NCBI GenBank assembly: GCA_964632485.1
Contig: CAZWDO010000025.1
Coordinates: forward strand, 1-51,033
Length of the DNA: 51,033 bases
Reading direction: 5' to 3'
From: an uncultured bacterium
GTDB lineage: Bacteria > JAGOEH01
Shown: positions 1 to 9,769 of the stretch, in pieces
How the letters are laid out: each line of letters starts with the position of its first letter
Position numbering within the stretch: position 1 is the first letter of the stretch
Position numbers and translations under genes: made by a program
Notes under the pieces: model-generated
Told to the model about the DNA's origin: nothing
The model's input: the letters and a program-made list of their open reading frames with translations, nothing else
Databases searched by the model: none

Positions 1-53
1 TGGATGAAATCATCCCCTGGATTCGCGAACAAATCAACCTCAATGGCATTTAA
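1..53 (+). CDS. 3' end of upstream gene, possibly NAD-dependent sugar epimerase/dehydratase (partial)
   Basis: Frame from nt 3 reads DEIIPWIREQINLNGI-stop (TAA 51-53), resembling the DEVIPWI C-terminus I recall from nucleotide-sugar epimerases; only 16 codons visible. Confidence 0.4.
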   Translation, partial: DEIIPWIREQINLNGI

Positions 54-230
54 TCAACGAAATGCTCTTGATTGATGACAAGATTTGTATTATTTAATAA
101 TAGGTCTTTTTTATGGTTATTGATAGGGCAATTTATTATCATGTTGTTCTTCAGTCAAGACTTTCAGTATCAAAAATATCTAATCAACATTATCTACATT
201 TTGAATTATTAAATAGCCGGGGAACTTGAA

Positions 231-899
231 ATGAGTAAATATATTGAGAAAATCTACTCTAACCGTTTTTTAAATAATGAGTTGAAGAGGAAAAAGGCAA
301 TTTAGAATATTATTGTCAAAAACTTCCTGCAAAATTTTATTCCAACTGATTGTACACTGCTTGAAATCGGCTGTGGATTTGGCGAGTTTATCAATCCTAT
401 TCTTGCCGGTAAAAAAATGGCTGTCGATATTAACCCTAAATGCAGTGATTTTTTAAACTCGGATGTTGATTTTATTAATAATTCCATACTGAATATCACA
501 TCCATTATGCCCCATACAATTGATTTTATCTTTATCAGCAATGTGCTGGAACATTTTAGTAGCAAAGCCGCAATTGAGGAATTTTTAATTATGGTAAATA
601 AGATTCTCAAACCCAATGGGAAGTTATGCATTATTCAACCCAATTATCGTTATTGCTATAAAGAATACTGGGATTATTGGGATCATCATATTCCTATTAG
701 CGATAAAAGTATGTTAGAGGTGTTGAATTTGTTTAACTTTGATATTGATTTGCAAATTGCTCGTTTTTTGCCTTATACCGTAAAAAACTATTTTAGGGTT
801 CCTGCCTTGTTTTTAAAGTTCTATCTTGGATTGCCAATTCTTTGGAAAATTTTTGGTCAACAATTCTTTATTTTAGCTTCTAAAGGTCCCAATGAATAA
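231..899 (+). pseudogene. Class I SAM-dependent methyltransferase interrupted by in-frame TAG at 303-305
   Basis: ATG 231 reads MSKYIEKIYSNRFLNNELKRKKAI*NIIVKNFLQNFIPTDCTLLEIGCGFGEFINPILAGKK in frame with ORF 417-899; SAM motif I (LEIGCGFG) lies upstream of the called start at 417; SNVLEH and LKPNG motifs downstream. Confidence 0.75.
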
Positions 900-1584
900 A
901 TTAACAATTATTATTCCAGTTTTTAACGAATCTGAAAATGTGACTAAACTGATTCCTGAAATTCGGCGGGCCATAAGCACATCGTCACGGATACTCATTG
1001 TATATGATTTCGATGAAGATAACACCCTCCCGGCAGTTAAATCAATTCAAGATAGCGATTCAGAGGTTTTTTTATTAAAGAATATTTTCGGAAACGGCGC
1101 GCTTAATGCTATTAAAAGTGGGTTTTCTGTTGCCAATAGCCCATACGTTTTGGTAATGATGGCAGATCTGTCCGATGATTTGAATATTGTGGATAAAATG
1201 GTTCAAAAAATGGATGAAGGTTACGATATTGTCTGCGGCTCACGTTACATGAAAGGAGGACAACAAATTGGAGGTCCTTTGGTTAAGAAAACGCTTTCAT
1301 GGTTAGCTGGGATAAGTTTGTTTTATTTTACCGGAATACCCACTCATGATGCTACAAATAGCTTTAAAATGTACCGTCAAAAAGTGCTGAAAGATATTCC
1401 GATTGAAAGCCGTGGGGGATTTGAATTGGGGCTGGAATTAGTAACTAAGGCCTATAATAAAGGGTTTAAAATTACTGAAATTCCTTCTGTGTGGTACGAT
1501 CGTACTGATGGTAAATCCAGATTTCGTCTTTGGGCATGGTTGCCATCCTATTTGAAATGGTATTTTAAGGCGCTCTTGGGTTAG
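892..1584 (+). CDS. GT2 polyprenol-phosphate glycosyltransferase (DPM1-like)
   Basis: IIIPVFNE, MMADLSDD, CGSRYMKGG, HDATNSFKMY, EIPSVWYDRTDGKSRF motifs. Confidence 0.9.
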   Translation: MNKLTIIIPVFNESENVTKLIPEIRRAISTSSRILIVYDFDEDNTLPAVKSIQDSDSEVFLLKNIFGNGALNAIKSGFSVANSPYVLVMMADLSDDLNIVDKMVQKMDEGYDIVCGSRYMKGGQQIGGPLVKKTLSWLAGISLFYFTGIPTHDATNSFKMYRQKVLKDIPIESRGGFELGLELVTKAYNKGFKITEIPSVWYDRTDGKSRFRLWAWLPSYLKWYFKALLG

Positions 1585-1636
1585 AGCAAAGTTTGTATAG
1601 CCGCTGTAAATATTATTAATTGGGCGTTTACCAGTA

Positions 1637-2986
1637 ATGAAACTAAAAATTAATCCTTATTCAAATTATTTTTTCTGGGGAACGATCGGTATCATTTTTA
1701 TCTATTTTACGATAATTTTCAAACTCGTTGTTAATATACCGATTGCTGATGATTATATGGCTATCCTCCGTTTTTTAGTTGATTACTCAGATGCGACGAC
1801 AGCCATGGAAAAATTAAAGCTTTTGTTTGCGCAACATGCGGAGCATAGAATACTATTTACTCGGTTGACTGCGTTGTTCAGCTTTTGGATATTTGGAAAA
1901 GTGAATTTTAGCTTTCTGATTTTAGTTGGAAATTTTAGTCTGGTGATGATTCTATTCACTATATCACGATTGCTTGATGCCAGAATTGAAGGCAAGCAAT
2001 TTTGGATATTTATAATAGCTTTACTCCTGTTTAGCTTTCAATCTCAGCAAAACTCTTTTTGGGCTATGGCGGCGCTATCAAATTATTATGTGATTTCATT
2101 TTCAGTTATCAGTATCTGCTGCCTACATAAAAGTCATAATTCATTCTTGGTATTGTTTGTGGGCATTTTCACCGCTGTATTAGCTGTTTTTTCATGTGGT
2201 AATGGTTTAGTACTTATGTTCTTGATCATTCCATTAATTTTTACGTTGAAAGATAGAGGGTTTAAATTTATCCTGATTGTAACAATTCTAATAATCCTCC
2301 TGGTTTATTTTTTTAATTTTCAACAAGTGGAATACAATCGGTTTGAGATTTCACGATTGGCTCAACCTTTTGAGCTGATTGGTTATTTTTTTGCATTTCT
2401 GGGTTCGCTATTCACCATAGTGCCTTCCTCTCAAATGGGAAATTTAGCGCCCTTATGTGTGAAGCTGGTCGGATATGCTTTCCCCATAATGGGTGGGGTC
2501 GTTTTGTTTGCGTATTTTATGTGGCTGGTTTATCAACGTTATGATAAAAAAAATCTGGTTGTATTTCTGATGATTTTTTTCATAATTATTACAAGTATGA
2601 TTGTTTCTGTTTCCCGCAGTGGCATTGCTGGGGCGTTTCAATCTCGATATAAAATTCATTCTTTAATGTTAGTGATTTTTATGCTAATATCCTTTATAGA
2701 GTTATATTCAAAATACTTTCGCAAAAAATGGTTAGTCCTCATTTTGGTGTTTACCGTTGGATTCTATGGATTGTCTCTCTGGTTCAATCTTAACCGTTAT
2801 TTAAAAATGCGAGAAATATATATAGCTGGCGCAAAAAGCTATTATGAAACTCCAGATTCAACCTCTCTGTTCCTTTTTTATTACCCTGAAGGTACTATAA
2901 ATACTCAAAATGTGCAACAAGCCGCAAAATCAATTTTGAATCGCTGTGATTCCCTTAATATATATTATCTCCCAAATAATTTTTAA
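1637..2986 (+). CDS. Polytopic membrane protein, probable GT-C fold glycosyltransferase
   Basis: Many hydrophobic segments; acidic IPIADDY motif after first TM, AQHAEHRI and QSRY motifs; follows DPM1-like GT2. Confidence 0.6.
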   Translation: MKLKINPYSNYFFWGTIGIIFIYFTIIFKLVVNIPIADDYMAILRFLVDYSDATTAMEKLKLLFAQHAEHRILFTRLTALFSFWIFGKVNFSFLILVGNFSLVMILFTISRLLDARIEGKQFWIFIIALLLFSFQSQQNSFWAMAALSNYYVISFSVISICCLHKSHNSFLVLFVGIFTAVLAVFSCGNGLVLMFLIIPLIFTLKDRGFKFILIVTILIILLVYFFNFQQVEYNRFEISRLAQPFELIGYFFAFLGSLFTIVPSSQMGNLAPLCVKLVGYAFPIMGGVVLFAYFMWLVYQRYDKKNLVVFLMIFFIIITSMIVSVSRSGIAGAFQSRYKIHSLMLVIFMLISFIELYSKYFRKKWLVLILVFTVGFYGLSLWFNLNRYLKMREIYIAGAKSYYETPDSTSLFLFYYPEGTINTQNVQQAAKSILNRCDSLNIYYLPNNF

Positions 2987-2995
2987 ATGGTTTAA

Positions 2996-4060
2996 ATGAA
3001 AATATTAATTATTACCAGTCATTCTTATACCTCAGGTGTTGAATCTCATACCTATGATCTAATTGCTGAATTAATAAAACGTGGGTTTAAAGTTGATGCG
3101 TTGGCTCCAGTAGAGGGACCATGGGTTAATAAAGTTCGATTATTGGGAGTAACGGTACATATATTTAATTTTTATAAGCATTACTTCTTGCGATTGTTTG
3201 GCCTTTTTAAGATTATTAGCAACGGACATTATGATATTGTGCATAATCACGCATTTACCCGAATAGGTTTGATTGCCGCAAAATTGGCTCGGGTAAAAAG
3301 AACAGTTTGTACTGTACATGTTGGGGGATTAGGGAAAGACCTCCTTTCCGGTATGAGCCGTTTCCGTTTGAGTGATCGTATTGTAGATTTTTATGTGGAT
3401 ATTTATATTGCAAATTCTAATTCGACTAAACAAGAATTACTCAATCGGCATATTAGACTAAAAAAAATTTGTGTAATTTATTTGGGTCTCAGCGAAAAGT
3501 TTTTTAAAATCTCGTNNNNNNNNNNCGATTTTCAAAAAGAAGAACTAATATTTGGAAGCCTGGGCCGTTTAGAAACTCAAAAAGGTTTTGATATTCTCAT
3601 TGATGCCTGTACGCTTTTGAATTTTCCTTATCGTTGTTTGATTGGTGGAACTGGCAGTATGGGTAAATCATTACAAGAGAAAATTGTTTGCCTCAACTTG
3701 GAAGAAAAAGTAACTCTTCTTGGGGAACAGAAACCGATTGATTTTTATCAAAAAATTGATTTGTTTATTCTTTCATCGCGCTTTGAATCATTCGGATTAG
3801 TACTTATAGAGGCTGCCGCCTGCGGATTGCCGATTATTTCTGCTGATTTAGCCGCCGCTTTAGAACTCTCAAAAATTATTACTGCCATCAGATTTTTTAA
3901 GCAAGGTGATCCTATTGATTTGTCGAAAACAATTGCTCATTTATATCAAAAACGAGGTGATTTGCACAATATAGTCATAAACCAGCGCTCACAGATTAGA
4001 ACATGTACTATAGAACAGATGGTTAATTCAATTATTCGTGTTTATCAAGCGGATGCCTAA
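2996..4060 (+). CDS. GT4 glycosyltransferase (spans N gap 3516-3525)
   Basis: SGVESH, LGRLETQKG, ESFGLVLIEAAACGLP (E-x7-E). Confidence 0.9.
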   Translation: MKILIITSHSYTSGVESHTYDLIAELIKRGFKVDALAPVEGPWVNKVRLLGVTVHIFNFYKHYFLRLFGLFKIISNGHYDIVHNHAFTRIGLIAAKLARVKRTVCTVHVGGLGKDLLSGMSRFRLSDRIVDFYVDIYIANSNSTKQELLNRHIRLKKICVIYLGLSEKFFKISXXXXDFQKEELIFGSLGRLETQKGFDILIDACTLLNFPYRCLIGGTGSMGKSLQEKIVCLNLEEKVTLLGEQKPIDFYQKIDLFILSSRFESFGLVLIEAAACGLPIISADLAAALELSKIITAIRFFKQGDPIDLSKTIAHLYQKRGDLHNIVINQRSQIRTCTIEQMVNSIIRVYQADA

Positions 4061-4120
4061 TCACTAATCTACTTTTAACCTTTCGCTAGTAATAAGTTAA
4101 TAATATTTTAACAGTTTAAT

Positions 4121-5638
4121 TTGTATAGTGATAATATTATGAATTTTCAATTGCCGTTCACTGCAACAGAGAGAATACCTTCATTATCTTTTCGTACATC
4201 TTTCTTCATTCGAAATTATATTGTATTTTATATAATTCTATCCGTTTCAATGTTTGTTTATTATGCCGGTTCTGTATTCATCTATATAATGTTGGTCAGT
4301 TTTGTTGCCGCTTTCATTTTTTTTAATAAGTACTATCTTGAAATTCTTTTGGCGGTGAGTCCTTTTATTGGCATTTTTGTAATTTATCTTGGAGGAGGAA
4401 AGTTAAAAGTATTTGATTTGGCTCTTATTATTATTATCGTTCTTTCATTTCCCTGGCTTTTAAAGAATTATTTTCAGCATTACTTTTTTATTTTATTCCC
4501 TTTCTTTTTACTCTCACTGTTAATTTTGATGAATGTTGTTTATATTCAATTCGATTCTTCAAATTTAGAAGTAGCGAATCAAATTCAAAAAATTGATTTT
4601 AGTTTCAAAACAGTTCAATTAAATAACCTTAAAAATTTCTTTTGGCTCCAAACGAGAATTGCATTTCTGATATTTATGATGTCGACGATAAATACTACTG
4701 AAAAATTTGAAAAGTATATGCGCTTTTATTTGCTAATTCAGATTTTTATTGGTGTTTGGTCATTAGGCGGTGTCATTTACTATTATATGTTCCCCGAAAA
4801 TTATATCCCCCCTGTCACTTTATGGCGGTATGGTAATTTTTTTCGTTTACGCGGGGTTGATCATGAACCCTCGTTTTATGGAACTTATTTACTAATGATT
4901 CTGCCTCTCTTTTTCTTCCCGTTTCTTAATAAAAAATATCTTTACAATCGGACTTTTCATCTGGTTTCTTTAGCTGTAATTGTCTTGAATTTGATATTAA
5001 GCCTCTCTTCTGCGACATGGATGTTGTTACCAATCACGTTATTAATCACTTTTATCTATATTTTCAAGTACATTCGGGAAAAAAGTATTAGTATTCCGTT
5101 GATCATTTTATTAATTAGCGTTGGCTTTCTTATTACAGTTTTGTTTTCATTTATTGCCAATTCTTATACCTTTTTTGAAAATATCTTTCTTAAAATCGTC
5201 AATCCTGGTGAATCATCATCTGGACAGACACGGATTGAAAATATGCTGTTGGGTCTGAGAATATTTTATGAAAACCCGGTTTTTGGAAGTGGATATTATG
5301 AGGGGGGCAATCTATTTATTGAATTTCTTGCGCTTTATGGTTTTCTGGGAGGGGCATTGTTATTATTTCTTCTGGCGTATTTATTTAAACAAGCATTAAT
5401 CTATCATAATCTGTTGAATAATTATGCGCTAAAGACTTATTCCATTGCTCTACAGTGTTCTATGGCAATCATGATTACGACGATGCTTATAAATACTAAT
5501 TTTTATAAAAATTATTATTGGGTTATTTTTGGATTTATTTTGGCGCGATTTAATATTGTAAAGAAAGATTATTTTTATTTAAAGGAAAGACAATCTGCTA
5601 ATTCTTATCGGCATAACATTTATAAAGCTGGAACTTGA
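4121..5638 (+). CDS. Wzy polymerase / O-antigen ligase-like membrane protein
   Basis: Multiple TM helices; RLRGVDHEPSFYG, LSLSSAT, SSGQTR, NPVFGSGY motifs of the Wzy_C family; start uncertain (TTG 4121 or ATG 4139). Confidence 0.75.
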   Translation: MYSDNIMNFQLPFTATERIPSLSFRTSFFIRNYIVFYIILSVSMFVYYAGSVFIYIMLVSFVAAFIFFNKYYLEILLAVSPFIGIFVIYLGGGKLKVFDLALIIIIVLSFPWLLKNYFQHYFFILFPFFLLSLLILMNVVYIQFDSSNLEVANQIQKIDFSFKTVQLNNLKNFFWLQTRIAFLIFMMSTINTTEKFEKYMRFYLLIQIFIGVWSLGGVIYYYMFPENYIPPVTLWRYGNFFRLRGVDHEPSFYGTYLLMILPLFFFPFLNKKYLYNRTFHLVSLAVIVLNLILSLSSATWMLLPITLLITFIYIFKYIREKSISIPLIILLISVGFLITVLFSFIANSYTFFENIFLKIVNPGESSSGQTRIENMLLGLRIFYENPVFGSGYYEGGNLFIEFLALYGFLGGALLLFLLAYLFKQALIYHNLLNNYALKTYSIALQCSMAIMITTMLINTNFYKNYYWVIFGFILARFNIVKKDYFYLKERQSANSYRHNIYKAGT

Positions 5639-5848
5639 AAATGATCTTATAGATCTTTAAATATTGATTAAGGGTTTTCTATCCATGCAATCCAAATAGA
5701 ATTAGCCAATTCAATACGAATTACTATAAATAATAAATGAAAGAAAAAATGTATAAAACATTAACTTTATCAATAAAACGCTTGAAATCGTAATAGTTTC
5801 ACTGCATTAATATAGATAACTTCTCATCTAAACTATTAAATAAATAAA

Positions 5849-6838
5849 ATGATAAATAAAAAAATCAAAAATAGCATCAAATCATATCGGATAGGCCTAT
5901 GGATGTTAAAACATTACTTTCATATTCTTCATTTACTCATTCGTGAAAAAAGATATTGGCAATTCCGTTGTTTCTCCACGATCCGCCTACATAGTGTCGC
6001 TCTGGAATTATCATCTCATTGCAATCTTTCATGTCAAAATTGTCCTCAAAAACAATTAGTTAATTTGAAGCATATGCCTTTAGAATTAATTCAGAAGGTG
6101 TTAAATGAATTGAAGTCTAATTATAAACTCAAAGCAGAAAAACTTTTGCTTTATAATTTTGGCGAACCTCTTCTACATCCGAAATTTTTGCAAATTTTGG
6201 AAATGATCGCCCTCTGGAAAAAATTTTTACCTGCTGATCGCAGACCTATAGTCGTTTTAACTACTAATGGAATGTTATTGGATGGGGATCGGAGTTCAAA
6301 ATTAATTGAAACAGAAGCCGTAGATGTTTTATATGTTAGCATTGATGGTGGAAATCAATCTGATTATGAACGAATGCGGGGAGGCGGGGATTGGGAAAAG
6401 GTAATGTCAAATTTTGAGCGTTTCATTGAAAATATTGAACAAAATAATAAAAAAATTATGACAGGAATAATTTCAATTTTTGATACTGCTAATCCTGAAA
6501 TTGAACCCCGTTTTTCTTCTTTAGTTAAAAGAGTGAATGAATATTGTCCCCGGGGATACCATAACTGGGATGGTCAACAGTTTGGTCATCAAAACCATCA
6601 CCATGCTCTTTTTCGTACGAATCGGTTTTGCAGTATGATAATGAAATTCTTGGTTGTGCAGGCGAGTGGATATGTATTTCCCTGTTGCGTTAGCAGTTCT
6701 CCTGATTTGATTATCGGAGATGCGAACAGCAAAAGTATGGCGGAAATCTACAAAGGTAAACAACTTAACAATCTGATAACAAAGATGTGGTTCGGGAAAC
6801 GAAATGAGTTGCCGGGCTGTCAACACTGTGAACTGTAA
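5849..6838 (+). CDS. Radical SAM protein with SPASM/twitch domain
   Basis: CNLSCQNC (CxxxCxxC), FGEPLLHP, TTNG, VSIDG; C-terminal C...PCC...IGD...CQHC. Confidence 0.92.
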   Translation: MINKKIKNSIKSYRIGLWMLKHYFHILHLLIREKRYWQFRCFSTIRLHSVALELSSHCNLSCQNCPQKQLVNLKHMPLELIQKVLNELKSNYKLKAEKLLLYNFGEPLLHPKFLQILEMIALWKKFLPADRRPIVVLTTNGMLLDGDRSSKLIETEAVDVLYVSIDGGNQSDYERMRGGGDWEKVMSNFERFIENIEQNNKKIMTGIISIFDTANPEIEPRFSSLVKRVNEYCPRGYHNWDGQQFGHQNHHHALFRTNRFCSMIMKFLVVQASGYVFPCCVSSSPDLIIGDANSKSMAEIYKGKQLNNLITKMWFGKRNELPGCQHCEL

Positions 6839-6847
6839 TTTAGTTAG

Positions 6848-7696
6848 ATGTGTTATTGTGCTGCTTGTCAATCGGGGTCATATCGATTAATTAAACAGTT
6901 TAAATTTGATAATATTCTCTTTAAAATGTTTGAATGTGCCCAATGCAGGACTATATGGGTTGCCCCCCCCTTAACTATTGATTTAAAAAATTTTTATGAG
7001 AATCAATATGATTATTCAAGTTATTCAAGTATAAATGAATTAACTCCGTTCCATCGAAAAATAATCCATTTCGATCGAAAGGTATATCTTGGTGAATTGA
7101 AGGCCCTTATCAGTTTTTTGCCAAAAAATGCCCTTATACTGGATGTTGGATGTGGAATTCCTTTTTTCTTATATTTTGCTAAGATTTCTGGATATCATGT
7201 CGTTGGTTGCGATATGGCTTCGGGTATCATTGACTATTCTATGAAAACATTGAAAGTACCAATTGTTTCAGGGACAATTAAAAATTTAGCTCTTTCAGAA
7301 AAAAGATTTGATATGATTCGTTATAATCATGTCTTTGAACATATTCCCTTTCCGAATAAGGAGTTGGAGTTTGTAAGAAAATTGTTGAAAACGGGTGGAA
7401 TCCTTCGTATCAGTGTTCCTAATGTATTAAATTGGAAGTTTAACATTAAAAAGAATCTCAGGCTGGTTGACCCGCAAGCAATTTTAAACCTTCCAGAACA
7501 TGTTGTAATGTATTCAGAACAAGGAATAACTGAATTGCTAAAGCGATATGGTTTTATATTAATGAAACGGTTAAATTTATTACCCCATCGAATATTTGCA
7601 TGCAAAGAAACGATCTGGCTATATTATATTGAATCTCTGGCAATTCCGCATGATAGGAGAGCTAATCTGGATCTGTTATTTGTGAAAAAATGGTAG
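6848..7696 (+). CDS. Class I SAM methyltransferase with N-terminal CxxC/CxxC putative Zn ribbon
   Basis: CAAC...CAQC; ILDVGCG; HVFEHIP; LKTGGILRISVPN. Confidence 0.88.
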   Translation: MCYCAACQSGSYRLIKQFKFDNILFKMFECAQCRTIWVAPPLTIDLKNFYENQYDYSSYSSINELTPFHRKIIHFDRKVYLGELKALISFLPKNALILDVGCGIPFFLYFAKISGYHVVGCDMASGIIDYSMKTLKVPIVSGTIKNLALSEKRFDMIRYNHVFEHIPFPNKELEFVRKLLKTGGILRISVPNVLNWKFNIKKNLRLVDPQAILNLPEHVVMYSEQGITELLKRYGFILMKRLNLLPHRIFACKETIWLYYIESLAIPHDRRANLDLLFVKKW

Positions 7697-7860
7697 ATTT
7701 AAAAAATAGATGATGAAAATTTCATATCTTATTTAATGTAAGAAATTACTTTTTTTAGCTATGTGCGCTATACCTGGGAATCTTGAGTGTAAATACCATG
7801 AAAGATTTATTAGATGCCTATGGAAATGAAATTTTAAAAGAAAGTCCAATGAAGTAAATT

Positions 7861-8805
7861 ATGAACCCGAAATTCTCATTTATTATTCCATTATATAACG
7901 AAGAAGATATTATAGAAACCCTGATTAATCGAATGAATCAACTTATAGAAAGAATCGAATCCCCTTGTGAAGTCGTACTTATTGATGATGGGAGTTGCGA
8001 TGCGACTACCAGGTTGATTGAGGAATTGGCGATAAATGATAGCAAATATCTCTGCATCTTTTTTTCAAGAAATTTTGGACAGCAAAAAGCATTTAGCGCG
8101 GGTTTGGATTATTCAAGAGGTGATTATATTATGTTTTTAGACGCGGATTTACAGGATCCCCCGGAGTTATTTTTTAAATTTTATGATAAAATTCTTGAAG
8201 GTTATGACATTGTTTATGGAATTAGAGAGAATAGAAAAGAAAATATTTTTAAAAAAACTGCCTATAAAACTTTTTATCAACTGTTAAACAGAATTGCTGA
8301 TTATCCTATTCCTTTGGATACTGGTGATTTTTCACTAATCAATAGAAAAATCGCCAATCAAATGATAAAAATGCGTGAGGAAAGCAGATTTTTACGAGGA
8401 ATGCGAAGTTGGATAGGCTTTAAACAAATCGGTTTAAAATACAATCGCAGCACTCGGGCTATTGGTGAGCCAAAATACACTTTTCGAAAGTTATTAAATC
8501 TTGCTTTAGATGGAATATTTAATTATAGTATTTTTCCTATAAAATTTTTATCTTATTGCGGATTGTCCTGTGTGGGAATCTCTTTTATTTACTTTTTAAT
8601 AACTTTAATAAGAAAATTTGTCTATAAAGATGTTCCATTGGGTTTTACTGCTTTATTATTTGTAATTATTCTATTTGGTGGCATCCAATTACTTTCTATT
8701 GGAATAATTGGTGAATATATGCAAAGAGTTTTTTTTCAGGTAAAAAATAGACCTTTATATATAATTGATAAAACAATTATTGATGGGGAAAGACATGATC
8801 AATAA
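7861..8805 (+). CDS. GT2 GtrB/ArnC-like undecaprenyl-phosphate glycosyltransferase
   Basis: IIPLYNEE, IDDGS, SRNFGQQ, DADLQDPPE, DTGDF, two C-terminal TMs, IGEY, RPLY. Confidence 0.92.
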   Translation: MNPKFSFIIPLYNEEDIIETLINRMNQLIERIESPCEVVLIDDGSCDATTRLIEELAINDSKYLCIFFSRNFGQQKAFSAGLDYSRGDYIMFLDADLQDPPELFFKFYDKILEGYDIVYGIRENRKENIFKKTAYKTFYQLLNRIADYPIPLDTGDFSLINRKIANQMIKMREESRFLRGMRSWIGFKQIGLKYNRSTRAIGEPKYTFRKLLNLALDGIFNYSIFPIKFLSYCGLSCVGISFIYFLITLIRKFVYKDVPLGFTALLFVIILFGGIQLLSIGIIGEYMQRVFFQVKNRPLYIIDKTIIDGERHDQ

Positions 8806-9574
8806 TAAAATAATATATTTGTCAACACCAACAACTGTAGATATGGCGGATGAATGGTATGAATTTGCGCTGTTGGACCACTTTTGGATTCAAGGCAGAT
8901 TTAAATCTCTTTTAAAACTGAAAATTATCAAAAATTTAACTAATGTCAGATTGTTGGAAATTGGTTGTGGAAATGGAGTAAACATCAAACAGTTTGAGAC
9001 ACTGTCAGATGTTGTTGTTGACGGTTGTGATCTGAATTTAGTAGCGTTAAAGAAAGTAGATCGAAACAAAGGGAGTTTATTCTTATTAGATATTTTTGAC
9101 AAACCCCCTGAACTACTTCAAAAATATGATGGGACACTACTAATGGATGTAATAGAGCATATTCATGATGATAGCCGTTTTTTAAATTGTGCCCTTGAAT
9201 ATCTTAAAGAAAATGGTCTTGTGATTATAAATGTTCCGGCTTTTCAATTTTTATTTAGTAAATATGATACTGTTAATGGTCATAAGCGGCGATATACCAA
9301 AAATAGAATTTTAGATTTATTTAAAAAAAATAACATAGAATTGATACATATTGGATATTGGGGATTTTTATTAATACCCATTTTAATAATGAGGAAATTT
9401 ATTTTATTTTTTCAATCAAATAATACTGCAATAAAAAAGGGATTTCAGCCACCCTTAAAGGTCGTTAATTGGTTTTTAAATCAAATTATAAATTTTGAAA
9501 ATTTAGTCTTTCCATCAAGTCCATTTGGAACTTCAATTATAGCAATAGGGAAAAAAAATCATAAAGAACTTTAG
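8795..9574 (+). CDS. Class I SAM methyltransferase
   Basis: HFW..GR, LLEIGCGNG, MDVIEHI, VPAFQFLFSKYD..NGHKRRY; ATG 8795 overlapping the upstream gene end preferred over TTG 8765. Confidence 0.88.
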   Translation: MINNKIIYLSTPTTVDMADEWYEFALLDHFWIQGRFKSLLKLKIIKNLTNVRLLEIGCGNGVNIKQFETLSDVVVDGCDLNLVALKKVDRNKGSLFLLDIFDKPPELLQKYDGTLLMDVIEHIHDDSRFLNCALEYLKENGLVIINVPAFQFLFSKYDTVNGHKRRYTKNRILDLFKKNNIELIHIGYWGFLLIPILIMRKFILFFQSNNTAIKKGFQPPLKVVNWFLNQIINFENLVFPSSPFGTSIIAIGKKNHKEL

Positions 9575-9769
9575 CATAAATTGAATAATTATAAATAGGT
9601 TATGTTTAACCGTTTTTTAAGTAATTGTGTCAGATACAACACTGGATTTATAAAACTTAAATATTGTTAGTGCTCAAAAATTATTCGGGAAAAAATGCAT
9701 TTTAAGAAATGAACCACTCCTGAAACATTGAATATGCTTATTTTCAATCTTTAAATAACTATTCGGGAA

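Noticed and set aside
303-305. Genome-wide amber recoding or pyrrolysine
   Set aside because: TAG is a real stop for other genes here (1584, 7696, 9574, 22440, 33072); no pyl genes seen
5671-5740. Possible GT4 C-terminal remnant (FYPCNP / IELANSI across a frameshift)
   Set aside because: Too short and AT-rich to distinguish from chance
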